Assembly: GCA_963648005.1 (NCBI GenBank)
Contig: CAVJCD010000002.1
Span: 1 to 40,635, forward strand
Origin: Tannerellaceae bacterium
GTDB lineage: Bacteria; Bacteroidota; Bacteroidia; Bacteroidales; Tannerellaceae
Length of the DNA: 40,635 nucleotides
Direction: 5' to 3'
A model generated the notes under the pieces. That model searched no databases. It had not been told where the DNA came from and saw only the letters and a list, made by a program, of their open reading frames with translations. The position numbers were made by a program, and so were the translations under genes. Positions 17,637-27,572 of the stretch are shown here, piece after piece (position 1 is the first letter of the stretch; every line of letters starts with the position of its first letter).

Positions 17637-19390
17637 TGAGCAACCTCCTCTTCTATATATTTCCCTTCGGCTATTTTGCGCTTAAGCGTTTCGCCCTCTT
17701 TACCCATCTCAAGAGCCTTCTTCCATTGCTTGAGGGCACCCTCCTTGTCTCCGGTCATGAACAAGATATCCCCGTAGTGGTCCACCAACTCGGCATTTTT
17801 GGAGGTGTCTTTCTCCAATGCGTTCTCGATATATATCTTGGCAAGGGTGTAGTTGCCTTGTACGAAGAAAATCCAGGCATAGGTGTCGAGATACGTCGCG
17901 TTGTCAGGCTCAAGCTTGATACACTGTGCGCTCATGCGCTCGGCTTTTTTCAAATCCTTCTTGTCCAGAGAGAGAAAATAAGCATAGTTGTTGAGGACAA
18001 AGATATTGTTGTCGTTATACTTCAGTGCTTCATCATACGCTTGATAGGTTTTGTCCAGTTGTTTCATCTGATAGTAGATGTCGCCAATCTGTCCATAGAA
18101 ATTGGACTTTAGTTGGGGATTGTCTGCCGGGATGATGTTGATACCTGCATAATATGTATCCAAGGCCTCTTGCAACTTGTATTGTTGGTAATAGGCAACA
18201 CCCAAGTAGAAGTAATATTCGGGGGCTTTTGGGAAGAGCTCCTGACATTTGGTACAGATACGAACCACTTCCTGGAGGTCTTCTGCCCCCAGTGCCATGT
18301 TCAATAATTGTTGCCAGGCCGAAGCGTTCTCCGGTTCCATTTCGGTGACAAGTTGAAACTGGAAACGGGCCTCGTCGGTCTTCTCTTGCGCAATAAGGAA
18401 ACTACCATACATCTGTTTCAAGTCGGTGTCTTCGGGATGTTGCTCCAATAACGTCTCAAACAAAGCATTTGCGCTATCTGTGTCTTTCTGCGTTTGCTGT
18501 AACTTCAGTATGTAGCGGGAGAGGATTGCGATTTTTGTCTCCACATCCAATTTCTCGTTTACCAAGGCATTGCGTATCTCGGTCTCGGCTGCATCCTTAT
18601 TGCCGGTTACTTCGTAGTAGTTTGCCATGGACACGATATAATAGGGATTACCCGGGTCAATCTTGTGTGCCTTGTCGTAATACGAGCGAGCCACTGTCGT
18701 ATCGTTCTTCTCCATATGCAGGTCGCCGAGAATGATTTGATAGCGTGCCTCCATCGGGTATTTGGCGGCCAACTTTTCTATTTCCTGGAATGCGGCATCC
18801 GACTGCTCCAACTGGTTGTAGAGTTTGTATTTCTGCATGGAAATGGCCTCGTTCATGCCTATCGACGATTCGATGGTGTTGTAGGCATCAATGGCTTTGC
18901 CAATCTCTCCTTCCTGCGTCAGTGTCTCTGCCAAGTAGTAATTCAGTTCAACTTTCTTGGGGAAGTCTTTCACCAATTTCTCATATGTCTCGGTGGCTTC
19001 TCCATACATACCCATATTGCGACTGATTGTGGCAAGCGCCATCCGGTAGGTGAAGTTGTCGGTGCTATTCGTAACGGCTTGTTGCAGCATGGTAACAGCT
19101 TTCTCCGGTCGGTTCATCTGGATATAGAACGAAGACAGTTCGTAGAGAACGGGCGATGCGGTCGAGTCGATGGAGAGACAATAATTGAAGGCATCGAAAG
19201 CGGCATCGAATTTCCCTGAAGCTTTCAGGTTCAACCCTTCGAGGAAGAAATAATTCAGTTTCCTCTGCTTGGTTTTACTCGATGGCCCATGATGGTCGGA
19301 CGATGTATATGCACCCGCCGGCTGTGGAGCCAAGACCAAATGAGTTAGAATTGACAGAAGAAAAATTCCACGAAGTAATTGCTTAAACAT
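17633..19390 (-). CDS. Exported tetratricopeptide-repeat protein
   Basis: Signal peptide and many TPRs, with C-terminal LNNYAY...YLDTYAW...HYGD motifs. Confidence 0.9.
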   Translation of the reverse strand: MFKQLLRGIFLLSILTHLVLAPQPAGAYTSSDHHGPSSKTKQRKLNYFFLEGLNLKASGKFDAAFDAFNYCLSIDSTASPVLYELSSFYIQMNRPEKAVTMLQQAVTNSTDNFTYRMALATISRNMGMYGEATETYEKLVKDFPKKVELNYYLAETLTQEGEIGKAIDAYNTIESSIGMNEAISMQKYKLYNQLEQSDAAFQEIEKLAAKYPMEARYQIILGDLHMEKNDTTVARSYYDKAHKIDPGNPYYIVSMANYYEVTGNKDAAETEIRNALVNEKLDVETKIAILSRYILKLQQTQKDTDSANALFETLLEQHPEDTDLKQMYGSFLIAQEKTDEARFQFQLVTEMEPENASAWQQLLNMALGAEDLQEVVRICTKCQELFPKAPEYYFYLGVAYYQQYKLQEALDTYYAGINIIPADNPQLKSNFYGQIGDIYYQMKQLDKTYQAYDEALKYNDNNIFVLNNYAYFLSLDKKDLKKAERMSAQCIKLEPDNATYLDTYAWIFFVQGNYTLAKIYIENALEKDTSKNAELVDHYGDILFMTGDKEGALKQWKKALEMGKEGETLKRKIAEGKYIEEEVAQ

Positions 19391-19414
19391 GGTTTGTCAG
19401 GCATTTGTTTGTTG

Positions 19415-19849
19415 CTATTGTTTCCCAGTATGTCCAAATCCCCCTGCTCCCCGTTCCGTTTGGTCGAGTACTTCTACGGGAGTCCAACTCACCTGAGTGT
19501 AGGAGGCAATCACCATTTGACATATACGCTCCCCGTCGTTTATTGTGAAAGGCTCGATTGAGAGATTCACCATGATGACGCCAATCTCGCCACGATAGTC
19601 CGCGTCGATTGTTCCGGGAGTGTTCAATAGTGTAATGCCATGCTTTATTGCCAATCCGCTACGTGGACGCAGTTGTGCTTCATATCCTTCGGGAAGGGCG
19701 ATATACAACCCTGTTGGGATTATTTTGCGTTCCATTGGGTTCAATACCACTGGCTCTTCCAAATTTGCACGGATATCCATACCTGCCGACAACGAGGTTG
19801 CGTATGCAGGAAGGGGATGATGTGATTTGTTTATGATATTTATGTTCAT
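19415..19849 (-). CDS. dut: dUTP diphosphatase
   Basis: [20 protein letters not shown] and [10 protein letters not shown] motifs. ATG at 19849. Confidence 0.97.
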   Translation of the reverse strand: MNINIINKSHHPLPAYATSLSAGMDIRANLEEPVVLNPMERKIIPTGLYIALPEGYEAQLRPRSGLAIKHGITLLNTPGTIDADYRGEIGVIMVNLSIEPFTINDGERICQMVIASYTQVSWTPVEVLDQTERGAGGFGHTGKQ

Positions 19850-19900
19850 TGTTGTTGTTAGTTTTAACCGGCGCAAAGGCAGAAGGTTAATCAACAAGTG

Positions 19901-21739
19901 TCAATCAACCCAATCTCCGTTCTCCTTTATTAACTGAACTAAACGTTCTACTGCTTCTTCTTCGGGTATGCGTCTTAATACACATTCCTTACCTTTATAC
20001 AAACTGATTTGTCCGGGTCCGGCACCAACATAGCCATAGTCGGCATCTGCCATTTCGCCCAAACCGTTCACGATGCACCCCATGACACCGATTTTCAATC
20101 CTTTCAAATGAGATGTTGCCTTCTTGATGCGGGCAAGGGTCGTTTGCAAATCGTATAGCGTACGTCCGCAGCTGGGACAAGAGATATATTCCGTCTTGCT
20201 CATGCGTGAACGAGTGGCCTGTAGTATACCGAACATGTAGCTGTCTGAAACGGAGGCTTCGATTTCGCAATTATGAATCATAATGCCGTCGCCAAAACCA
20301 TCAAGCAACAACGTCCCAAAATCGGCTGCTGCTTTCAACTGAAGCGACTCTTTGTCACTCTCGTGATATTCGTTGCGCAGAATTACAGGGACGTCAATCT
20401 CCTTAGTCAGCAACTTGTGGATAGCGGCACGTTGACCGCCAACGATGTTTCGATTGTTGGCACTTAAGACAACCACTGCTCTACGGTCGCGTTTTAATAT
20501 TTCCATCACCCGGTCCGTTAGGTCCTCGTAGGTTAGAGCGATGAATTTCAGCGGGGCATCCGTCGATTCCATCTCGTCTATCTCTGAAGCGAGAAAATAT
20601 GGATAGGTGTTCTTTTCGCCTTTCCAATAACGGGCATCTATCAATCTGCGGAGAGTATGGGGCAGGTTGTTGATATCTTTCTTTCCAACGTAGATGAAAT
20701 CAGGCAAGAGAAAATCATTGATAGAAGAGTCTCCATTACTGCGGTCGGAAATGACAACGGGAGGGAAATGCCCTCCGATGCCTTCCGTCTCACAGCTGAT
20801 GCGGCGTGAGGCTGTCAATGAATCATATCCCGGAGCCAAAGAGGCAACGATTGGCTCGTGCCCACAGCGTTCTTGTATGTGGTCTACCAATTTACGGGCA
20901 ACAGGTATTTCTGCTTCGGGGTCTTCGCTCAAAGACACGCGAATGGTATCGCCTATACCATCAGCGAGCAATGTGCCAATTCCGACGGCGCTTTTGATGC
21001 GTCCGTCTTCGTTGTCGCCGGCTTCGGTTACACCCAAATGAAGTGGATAGTGCATGTCTTCTTTGTCCATCGTCCTTACAAGCAGACGTACGGTGCGTAC
21101 CATGACGACTGTGTTGGAGGCTTTGATGGAAATAACCACGTCGTGAAAATTCTCTTCCCGGCAGATACGCAAAAACTCCATACAAGAAGCAACCATTCCA
21201 TCCGGAGTGTCGCCATGCCTACTCATGATGCGGTCCGACAGCGAACCATGGTTTACCCCGATGCGTATGGCTGTATTGTGCTTTTTGCAGATGTTGAGAA
21301 AGGGCACAAAGCGGTCGCGTATTTTCTGCAACTCGGCGGTATATTCTTCGTTGGTGTATTCTAAATGATTGAACGTTTTCACCTTGTCGACATAGTTACC
21401 CGGATTGATACGAACCTTCTCCACTTCTTCAGCGGCAATATCAGCGACTCTGGGATTGAAATGTATGTCGGCAACGAGCGGTGTTGTATACCCTCTGCTG
21501 TTCAGTATCTCCCGGATCTTACCCAAGTTGCGGGCTTCGCGCTCACCCTGTGCGGTAAAGCGTACGTATTCGCAACCGACATCAATCATCCGGATAGCTT
21601 GGTCTACAGCCGCGTCGGTGTCCATGGTGGATACGTTGGTCATAGATTGGATACGTATCGGGTTTTCGCCTCCCAAAGGTGTGTTCCCTATATTACAAAC
21701 CGATGATTTGCGACGGCTGTAATTAAAGAAATGATTCAT
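19901..21739 (-). CDS. ispG: HMBPP synthase IspG, long form with insertion domain
   Basis: IQSMTN, VADIHF, RINPGN, RIGVNHGSL, CPSCGR and MGCIVNG motifs. Alternative TTG start at 21751. Confidence 0.96.
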   Translation of the reverse strand: MNHFFNYSRRKSSVCNIGNTPLGGENPIRIQSMTNVSTMDTDAAVDQAIRMIDVGCEYVRFTAQGEREARNLGKIREILNSRGYTTPLVADIHFNPRVADIAAEEVEKVRINPGNYVDKVKTFNHLEYTNEEYTAELQKIRDRFVPFLNICKKHNTAIRIGVNHGSLSDRIMSRHGDTPDGMVASCMEFLRICREENFHDVVISIKASNTVVMVRTVRLLVRTMDKEDMHYPLHLGVTEAGDNEDGRIKSAVGIGTLLADGIGDTIRVSLSEDPEAEIPVARKLVDHIQERCGHEPIVASLAPGYDSLTASRRISCETEGIGGHFPPVVISDRSNGDSSINDFLLPDFIYVGKKDINNLPHTLRRLIDARYWKGEKNTYPYFLASEIDEMESTDAPLKFIALTYEDLTDRVMEILKRDRRAVVVLSANNRNIVGGQRAAIHKLLTKEIDVPVILRNEYHESDKESLQLKAAADFGTLLLDGFGDGIMIHNCEIEASVSDSYMFGILQATRSRMSKTEYISCPSCGRTLYDLQTTLARIKKATSHLKGLKIGVMGCIVNGLGEMADADYGYVGAGPGQISLYKGKECVLRRIPEEEAVERLVQLIKENGDWVD

Positions 21740-21747
21740 TGACGTAA

Positions 21748-22254
21748 TCAATTTGTTTTGTACTTAAAAGAAACGTGAGCCAATTCTTCGTTGGCTTTCA
21801 CAATCTTTTCCTTCAAGTTTTCCTTGTAGCGGATAAGCTTCTCCTGGAGTTGTTTGTCTTCAAGGGAAAGCATTTGAACGGCAAGTATACCGGCATTCAA
21901 TGCACCGTTGATACCAACAGTGGCAACCGGAATCCCCGGAGGCATCTGTACGATGGCCAACAAAGCATCCATGCCATCAAGAGTGGAATTGATAGGTACG
22001 CCAATCACGGGAATGGTTGTCATAGATGCAATCACTCCGCACAGATGGGCTGCCATACCGGCTGCCGCTATGATTACTTTGATACCGCGTTCCTTAGCAT
22101 CTTTGGCAAAGCGCTCCACCTCTTCCGGTGTACGATGGGCAGACAATGCATGCATCTCAAATGGAACTTCCATTTCATCCAATAGCTTGGCTGCCTTTTC
22201 CATCACGGGTAGGTCGGAAGTGCTACCCATGATGATACTTACTATCGGCGTCAT
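21748..22254 (-). CDS. purE: N5-CAIR mutase
   Basis: IMGSTSD, SAHRTP, AGMAAHL and QMPPGIPVATV motifs. Confidence 0.97.
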   Translation of the reverse strand: MTPIVSIIMGSTSDLPVMEKAAKLLDEMEVPFEMHALSAHRTPEEVERFAKDAKERGIKVIIAAAGMAAHLCGVIASMTTIPVIGVPINSTLDGMDALLAIVQMPPGIPVATVGINGALNAGILAVQMLSLEDKQLQEKLIRYKENLKEKIVKANEELAHVSFKYKTN

Positions 22255-22635
22255 TTATTTGGCAATCATTTGTTCATATTCGGCCGCAGACAATAGCTTG
22301 TCCAATTCGGAAGGGTTGGTGATGGAAACTTTGATTATCCAACCTTTCCCGTAGGCATCTTCGTTTACAAGCTCCGGAGTGTTTTCCAACTCGGAATTTA
22401 TCTCGAGTACCTCACCGCCAACAGGCATAAACAAGTCAGACACGGTTTTCACAGCCTCAACTGTTCCGAAGACTTCTTCTTGGGCAACAGTCTCTCCTTC
22501 TGTTGGAATATCCACATAAACGATTTCACCCAATTCGCTCTGGGCATAATCAGTGATGCCGACATAAGCAACATCTCCATCTACACGAATCCATTCGTGG
22601 TCTTTTGTGTACTTTAAATCAGTAGGGAAGTTCAT
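22255..22635 (-). CDS. gcvH: Glycine cleavage system H protein
   Basis: YTKDHEW, GITDYAQ, lipoyl-lysine motif VEAVKTVSD. Confidence 0.96.
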   Translation of the reverse strand: MNFPTDLKYTKDHEWIRVDGDVAYVGITDYAQSELGEIVYVDIPTEGETVAQEEVFGTVEAVKTVSDLFMPVGGEVLEINSELENTPELVNEDAYGKGWIIKVSITNPSELDKLLSAAEYEQMIAK

Positions 22636-22686
22636 GACTTTATTTTTTTAGATAAACAAATAGCATATTCGTAATATGCTCCAAAT

Positions 22687-24156
22687 TTATATCTCTTTTC
22701 TGAGTCTTGCAACCGGGATGTTGAGTTGCTCTCGATATTTGGCTACTGTGCGACGGGCAATGATGTACCCTTTCTCCTTCAAGATTGATGTGAGCTCTTC
22801 GTCAGTAAGAGGTTTGCGCTTGTCCTCGTCATCAATATGCTCTTTCATGATTTTTTTTACCTCACGAGTGGAAATTTTCTCGCCGCTATTGGTCTGCATT
22901 GACTCGGAAAAGAAATATTTCAGAGGATAAATGCCGAAATTGGTTTGCACGTACTTGCTGTTGCTCACACGGGAGATGGTTGATATATCGTATCCCGTAC
23001 GTTTGGCAACATCTTTCAAAATCATTGGCCGCAACGCGGTTTCGTCGCCTGTCATGAAAAAGTTATGCTGCAAGAGTATAATTGCATTCATGGTACGCTG
23101 CAAGGTTTGATGCCGTTGTTTTACGGCATCAATAAACCATTGAGCTGCATCAAGTTTCTGTTTGATAAACTGTACTGCCTCACGCATCTTTGTTGTTTGA
23201 TTGGCCTTGTTGCCTGCGTAATCTTGAAACATTTCCTCATACTCGCGGCTAATGCGAAGGTCCGGAATGTTGCGGCTATTCATGTTTAGAATTAATTCGC
23301 CATTTACCTCTTCCACTATGAAATCCGGAGTAACCTGACTTGCGGTTGTCTCAATAGAACAATCTTGGCTACTACAAGGTTTGGGGTTGAGAGAGGTTAT
23401 TTTGCGAATGGCCTTTTTCAGAAGACTTTCACTAATGTTGAGGTTGCGTAGAATTATATCGTAATGTTTCTTGGTGAACTCCTCGAAATAGTCGGTGAGG
23501 ATACGATTTGCCAAATGGGTCTCTTCTGATGGTTCCTTACGACGGAGTTGCAGTTGCAAACATTCTTGCAAGTTGCGGGCACCGACACCGGCAGGGTCGA
23601 AGTCTTGTATGACGCCAAGGATCTTCTCTATTTCATCTTCGTTGATATCTTGCCCTGTTTGGAATGCTAAATCGTTGGAAATAGCAGATAATTCACGACG
23701 CAGATAACCATCATCATCAATGTTTCCGATGATGTATTGGGCTATTTCTTCCTTTCTCTTTGGTAGGTCATGCAGTCCGAGCTGCAGAAGTAGATATTCA
23801 TTCAGTGACTGCCCTACAGAAAAAGGAATTTCCTTGCGCTCTGTCTTCTCGCTGATTTCTCTTAACTTATAGTCCGGTATATCGTCTTCGCTCGAATAGT
23901 CACCGAGGGATAGGTCTGTCCCAGCTTCGTCATCAGACACATTATCCTCGTTCTCGCCGTTAAATTCTTCAACGTTGTTTTTGCCATCCAAATCGTCTGA
24001 AGAGTCCGAGCCCTCTTCCAACGCAGGATTTTCCTCCAATTCATGTTTTATACGTTCTTCCAATTCAGTGGTAGGAAGTTCTATGAGCCGGATTAACTGG
24101 ATTTGTTGCGGAGAAAGTTTTTGCTGTAATTTTTGCTGTAACCTTTGTTTCAACAT
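22687..24156 (-). CDS. rpoN: RNA polymerase sigma-54 factor
   Basis: Gln/Leu-rich region I, ENPALE, STISR, RpoN box ARRTVAKYRE. Confidence 0.97.
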   Translation of the reverse strand: MLKQRLQQKLQQKLSPQQIQLIRLIELPTTELEERIKHELEENPALEEGSDSSDDLDGKNNVEEFNGENEDNVSDDEAGTDLSLGDYSSEDDIPDYKLREISEKTERKEIPFSVGQSLNEYLLLQLGLHDLPKRKEEIAQYIIGNIDDDGYLRRELSAISNDLAFQTGQDINEDEIEKILGVIQDFDPAGVGARNLQECLQLQLRRKEPSEETHLANRILTDYFEEFTKKHYDIILRNLNISESLLKKAIRKITSLNPKPCSSQDCSIETTASQVTPDFIVEEVNGELILNMNSRNIPDLRISREYEEMFQDYAGNKANQTTKMREAVQFIKQKLDAAQWFIDAVKQRHQTLQRTMNAIILLQHNFFMTGDETALRPMILKDVAKRTGYDISTISRVSNSKYVQTNFGIYPLKYFFSESMQTNSGEKISTREVKKIMKEHIDDEDKRKPLTDEELTSILKEKGYIIARRTVAKYREQLNIPVARLRKEI

Positions 24157-24182
24157 ACACGTTTTGTCTCTACATTTTCCGA

Positions 24183-25637
24183 TTAGAGATTTCTAAGGGA
24201 AGCTACAAGAAAACTCCACACCTTTTGTACAGAAGAAATTCGTACCCGTTCATCCGGAGAATGTGGGTGCTCAAGGTCGGGACCGATGGAAATCATATCC
24301 ATAGTGGGATAAATTTCCTGAATGATTCCGCATTCCAAACCGGCGTGCATCACTTTTATCGAGGGTTTCTTTCCGAATAAATCTTCGTATGTTTTCTGCA
24401 TTACGTTCAAGATGGGCGAGTTTATATTAGGCTGCCATCCGCCGTAGGCAGAACCATATTCCACCTTTGCCCCTGCCAAAGAGAATACACTCTCGAGCGC
24501 GGAACATATCGCAGCCTTACGGCTTTCGGAAGAACTGCGTGCCAATATTTTTATGCTAATCATTCCTTCTTGCGACCGAATAGCTGCAAGGTTGGATGAC
24601 GTCTCAACTGTACCGGGAAAATCGTGTAACATATCAATCACACCATTTTGGCATCCCTCCACAGCGTTAATCATGTCGTCTTGAATCTCTTCAGGAATCA
24701 TAATACTGGGTAGTTCCGCCATTTCTGCCTTGAAACTTAGAGACTCCTCTATGCTGGAATACTCTGCGCGGAACATATCTTGATAGTCTGCCACCAACTC
24801 CCATAGTGCCTCAATATTGTCATCCGGGATTGTTATTATGGCAAATGCTTCGCGTGGTATGGCGTTGCGAAGAGAACCTCCATCTATGGAAGCGAGGCGC
24901 GCTCCATAGTCGCGTACTGCTTCTTTTAGGAATCGGAACATCAGTTTGTTGGCATTGGCACGTCCTAAGTGGATGTCAACTCCCGAATGGCCGCCTTTTA
25001 GTCCTGTCAGACTTAGTTTGACAGCAACATCCCCTTCGGGAATGTATGTGTCATCTTTATAGCGAAAAGAGATGTTGAGGTCCGCACCACCGGCACAGCC
25101 GACAAACAATTCGCCCTCTTCTTCCGAGTCGCAGTTAATCAGCATTGTGCCTTTCAACAGCCCGGGTTTTAAACCAAGGGCACCATCCATACCCTCTTCC
25201 TCGTCAACAGTGAAAAGAGCTTCAATAGGTCCATGTTCTATAGTCGTATCAGAAAGTACAGCCATTGCCAATGCTACACCGATGCCATTGTCTGCACCGA
25301 GGGTTGTCTCACGTGCTTTAACCCAATCGCCGTCAACGTATGCATCAATGGGGTCAGTCAGAAAATCATGATTGACGGAGGCGTTTTTCTGTGGAACCAT
25401 ATCCAAGTGTGATTGTAGGACGATGGTTTGGTGTCCCTCCATTCCGTGTGTTGCCGGCTTACGTATTAATACATTTCCGAGCTCGTCGCGCAAGGTTTCT
25501 AATCCCAGTCCCTTACCGAAAGCTTCCACAAAATTAGATACCGCCTTTGTATGTCCGGTCGGACGCGGAATTTGTGTAAGGTTGTAGAAACAACCCCAAA
25601 CAAGTTGTGGCGCAAGATTTTTGATTTCTACTGACAT
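24183..25637 (-). CDS. pepD: Aminoacyl-histidine dipeptidase (M20C)
   Basis: LQSHLDMV, TLGADNG, DEEEGM, GGHSG, HAGLEC and HSPDE motifs. ATG at 25637. Confidence 0.93.
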   Translation of the reverse strand: MSVEIKNLAPQLVWGCFYNLTQIPRPTGHTKAVSNFVEAFGKGLGLETLRDELGNVLIRKPATHGMEGHQTIVLQSHLDMVPQKNASVNHDFLTDPIDAYVDGDWVKARETTLGADNGIGVALAMAVLSDTTIEHGPIEALFTVDEEEGMDGALGLKPGLLKGTMLINCDSEEEGELFVGCAGGADLNISFRYKDDTYIPEGDVAVKLSLTGLKGGHSGVDIHLGRANANKLMFRFLKEAVRDYGARLASIDGGSLRNAIPREAFAIITIPDDNIEALWELVADYQDMFRAEYSSIEESLSFKAEMAELPSIMIPEEIQDDMINAVEGCQNGVIDMLHDFPGTVETSSNLAAIRSQEGMISIKILARSSSESRKAAICSALESVFSLAGAKVEYGSAYGGWQPNINSPILNVMQKTYEDLFGKKPSIKVMHAGLECGIIQEIYPTMDMISIGPDLEHPHSPDERVRISSVQKVWSFLVASLRNL

Positions 25638-25692
25638 AAGATTAATGTTAAATGAACATATATGATTGAAATAGATTTTCAAAACCAAACCG

Positions 25693-26685
25693 TCAACATC
25701 TTTTTCTATTGGTGAGCGGCAAGGCTACGATTCCAAACAAACCACAGAGCGTTGTCCATACCGTTTGCACTGTGTGAACCACCAATGCAAAAGCTGCGGC
25801 ATTGTTTTCATCAACTCCAAAACACACCAATGTGGCAATCACCATGAAATGCCATGCTCCGATGCCGGCTTGTACAGGAACGGCTACCCCGATACTACTC
25901 ATGGTAAAGGCAATGAGCCCTACTGCAATTCCCAAATCACGAGTAAAGTCGAAAGCGTAGAACGTTGTGTAGAAATAGCAGAAATAGCCTCCCCATATCA
26001 ATAACGTCTGTAAAAAGAAACGCCATTTGTGTTTCAGCAATCCAATACTCTTCACTCCCTCCCATACATTTCGCAGCAGATCTTTCGCTTTCTGCACCGG
26101 CGTAAAGTTGCTCATGCGCTTGAAAACAAACCAAAGCAAAACTATCAGCAAAACCACACATACGTATATCCAAATCGAGTCGAACATCGACTTGAAACTA
26201 TCAAGCAATATGGGGTTGCGGGCAAAAAACTCAACAAAGAAATCAAGGTTGAAGATGAAGATTAATAGAGTGATTGACCCTACCACAACAGTGTCACTAA
26301 CACGGTCAACCAACAGGGTGCCAAACAATCGGGAAAAAGGGATCTTGTCATACTTGGTTATGATTCCGCAGCGCCAAATCTCTCCGACACGGGGCAGTAC
26401 TATATTTACGGCATAATTCCCAAGTACGGCATAAACAAGATTGCTCATTTTGAAACGTTCTCCTATGGAAGAGACCAATAACCCCCAACGAAGTCCGCGA
26501 ACCACATTGGCAAACAAGCCAAATAGCAAAGAACCCAGTATTATTTCATATCTTACTCCCTTGCGTATTACGCTCCATATCTCGCCAATATCCATGCGGC
26601 TATACAGATACCAAAGCAGTAGACAGCCAAAACCCAAGGGAAGGAATATCTTGACAAACGCTTGCAGGATACTCTTAAAATTCAT
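25693..26685 (-). CDS. Lysylphosphatidylglycerol-synthase-TM / flippase-like membrane protein
   Basis: RGLRW, N...PRVGE..R, DR..D and PVQAGIG motifs; multiple TM segments. Confidence 0.85.
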   Translation of the reverse strand: MNFKSILQAFVKIFLPLGFGCLLLWYLYSRMDIGEIWSVIRKGVRYEIILGSLLFGLFANVVRGLRWGLLVSSIGERFKMSNLVYAVLGNYAVNIVLPRVGEIWRCGIITKYDKIPFSRLFGTLLVDRVSDTVVVGSITLLIFIFNLDFFVEFFARNPILLDSFKSMFDSIWIYVCVVLLIVLLWFVFKRMSNFTPVQKAKDLLRNVWEGVKSIGLLKHKWRFFLQTLLIWGGYFCYFYTTFYAFDFTRDLGIAVGLIAFTMSSIGVAVPVQAGIGAWHFMVIATLVCFGVDENNAAAFALVVHTVQTVWTTLCGLFGIVALPLTNRKRC

Positions 26686-26716
26686 TTTGCGTAGAATGCT
26701 TTAAAATTATTTGTTG

Positions 26717-26740
26717 TACTTTTGTACACCTGCAAAGATA
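26717..26740. promoter_or_regulatory. Overlapping divergent promoters (rsmA on +, flippase-like cluster on -)
   Basis: TACTTTTG on + (26717-26724) and TATCTTTG on - (26733-26740). Confidence 0.6.
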
Positions 26741-26774
26741 AGCATTATTTTTAATACAAACTTTTGACAATTGG

Positions 26775-27560
26775 ATGAGATTGGTCAGGCCAAAGAAATC
26801 ATTGGGGCAACATTTTCTGAAGGACTTACAGATTGCTCAGCGTATAGCAGAAACGTTGTCTGGCTATCGCGGAATGCCCGTTTTAGAGGTTGGCCCGGGT
26901 ATGGGTGTGCTTACCCAATATTTGCTGGAGATCGGTCACGACTTGACGGTTGTGGAATTGGATGGCGAGTCGATTGAATATCTTCAAAAGTTTTTCCCGA
27001 TGCTTGATGGGTGTATTCTTGCTGATGACTTTCTCAAGTTGGATTTGGCAGCGCTTTTTTCCGATAGATTTTGTGTGATTGGAAATTACCCTTACAATAT
27101 ATCCAGTCAGATATTCTTCAAAGTGCTTGACTATAAAGAACAGATTCTGTGTTGCTCAGGAATGATTCAGAAGGAGGTGGCTGAGCGGATTGTTGCCGGT
27201 CCCGGTAGCAAGACGTATGGCATCTTGAGCGTTTTGCTGCAGGCGTGGTATACTGTGGAATATCTCTTTACGGTGAGTGAAATGGTGTTCGACCCGCCTC
27301 CCAAGGTGAAGAGTGCAGTTATCCGAATGGTGCGCAATGACAGGAAAGAGTTGGGGTGCAACGAGGAACTGTTTAAGACTGTGGTGAAAACCTCCTTCAA
27401 TCAGCGACGCAAGACTCTCCGTAATTCGATAAAGCCCTTGTTGGGGAAAGATTGTCCGGCGTATGAGCTCCCTGTCTTTGACAAACGTCCGGAACAGCTT
27501 TCCGTGGAACAGTTTGTTGAACTAACGCGAATAGTAGACCATCATCTTAGAAATCTCTAA
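26775..27560 (+). CDS. rsmA: 16S rRNA adenine dimethyltransferase
   Basis: KKSLGQHFL, EVGPGMG, GNYPYNIS and PPPKVKS motifs. Confidence 0.97.
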   Translation: MRLVRPKKSLGQHFLKDLQIAQRIAETLSGYRGMPVLEVGPGMGVLTQYLLEIGHDLTVVELDGESIEYLQKFFPMLDGCILADDFLKLDLAALFSDRFCVIGNYPYNISSQIFFKVLDYKEQILCCSGMIQKEVAERIVAGPGSKTYGILSVLLQAWYTVEYLFTVSEMVFDPPPKVKSAVIRMVRNDRKELGCNEELFKTVVKTSFNQRRKTLRNSIKPLLGKDCPAYELPVFDKRPEQLSVEQFVELTRIVDHHLRNL

Positions 27561-27572
27561 AGAAGAAGAGGA

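Noticed and set aside
19901..21739. Unusually long IspG as a fusion or intein
   Set aside because: The long form with an inserted domain is a known IspG type, and there are no intein motifs.
22255..22635. gcvH without gcvT/gcvP as a novel system
   Set aside because: Dispersed gcv genes are common, and the rpoN-gcvH-purE order looks like ordinary Bacteroidales synteny.
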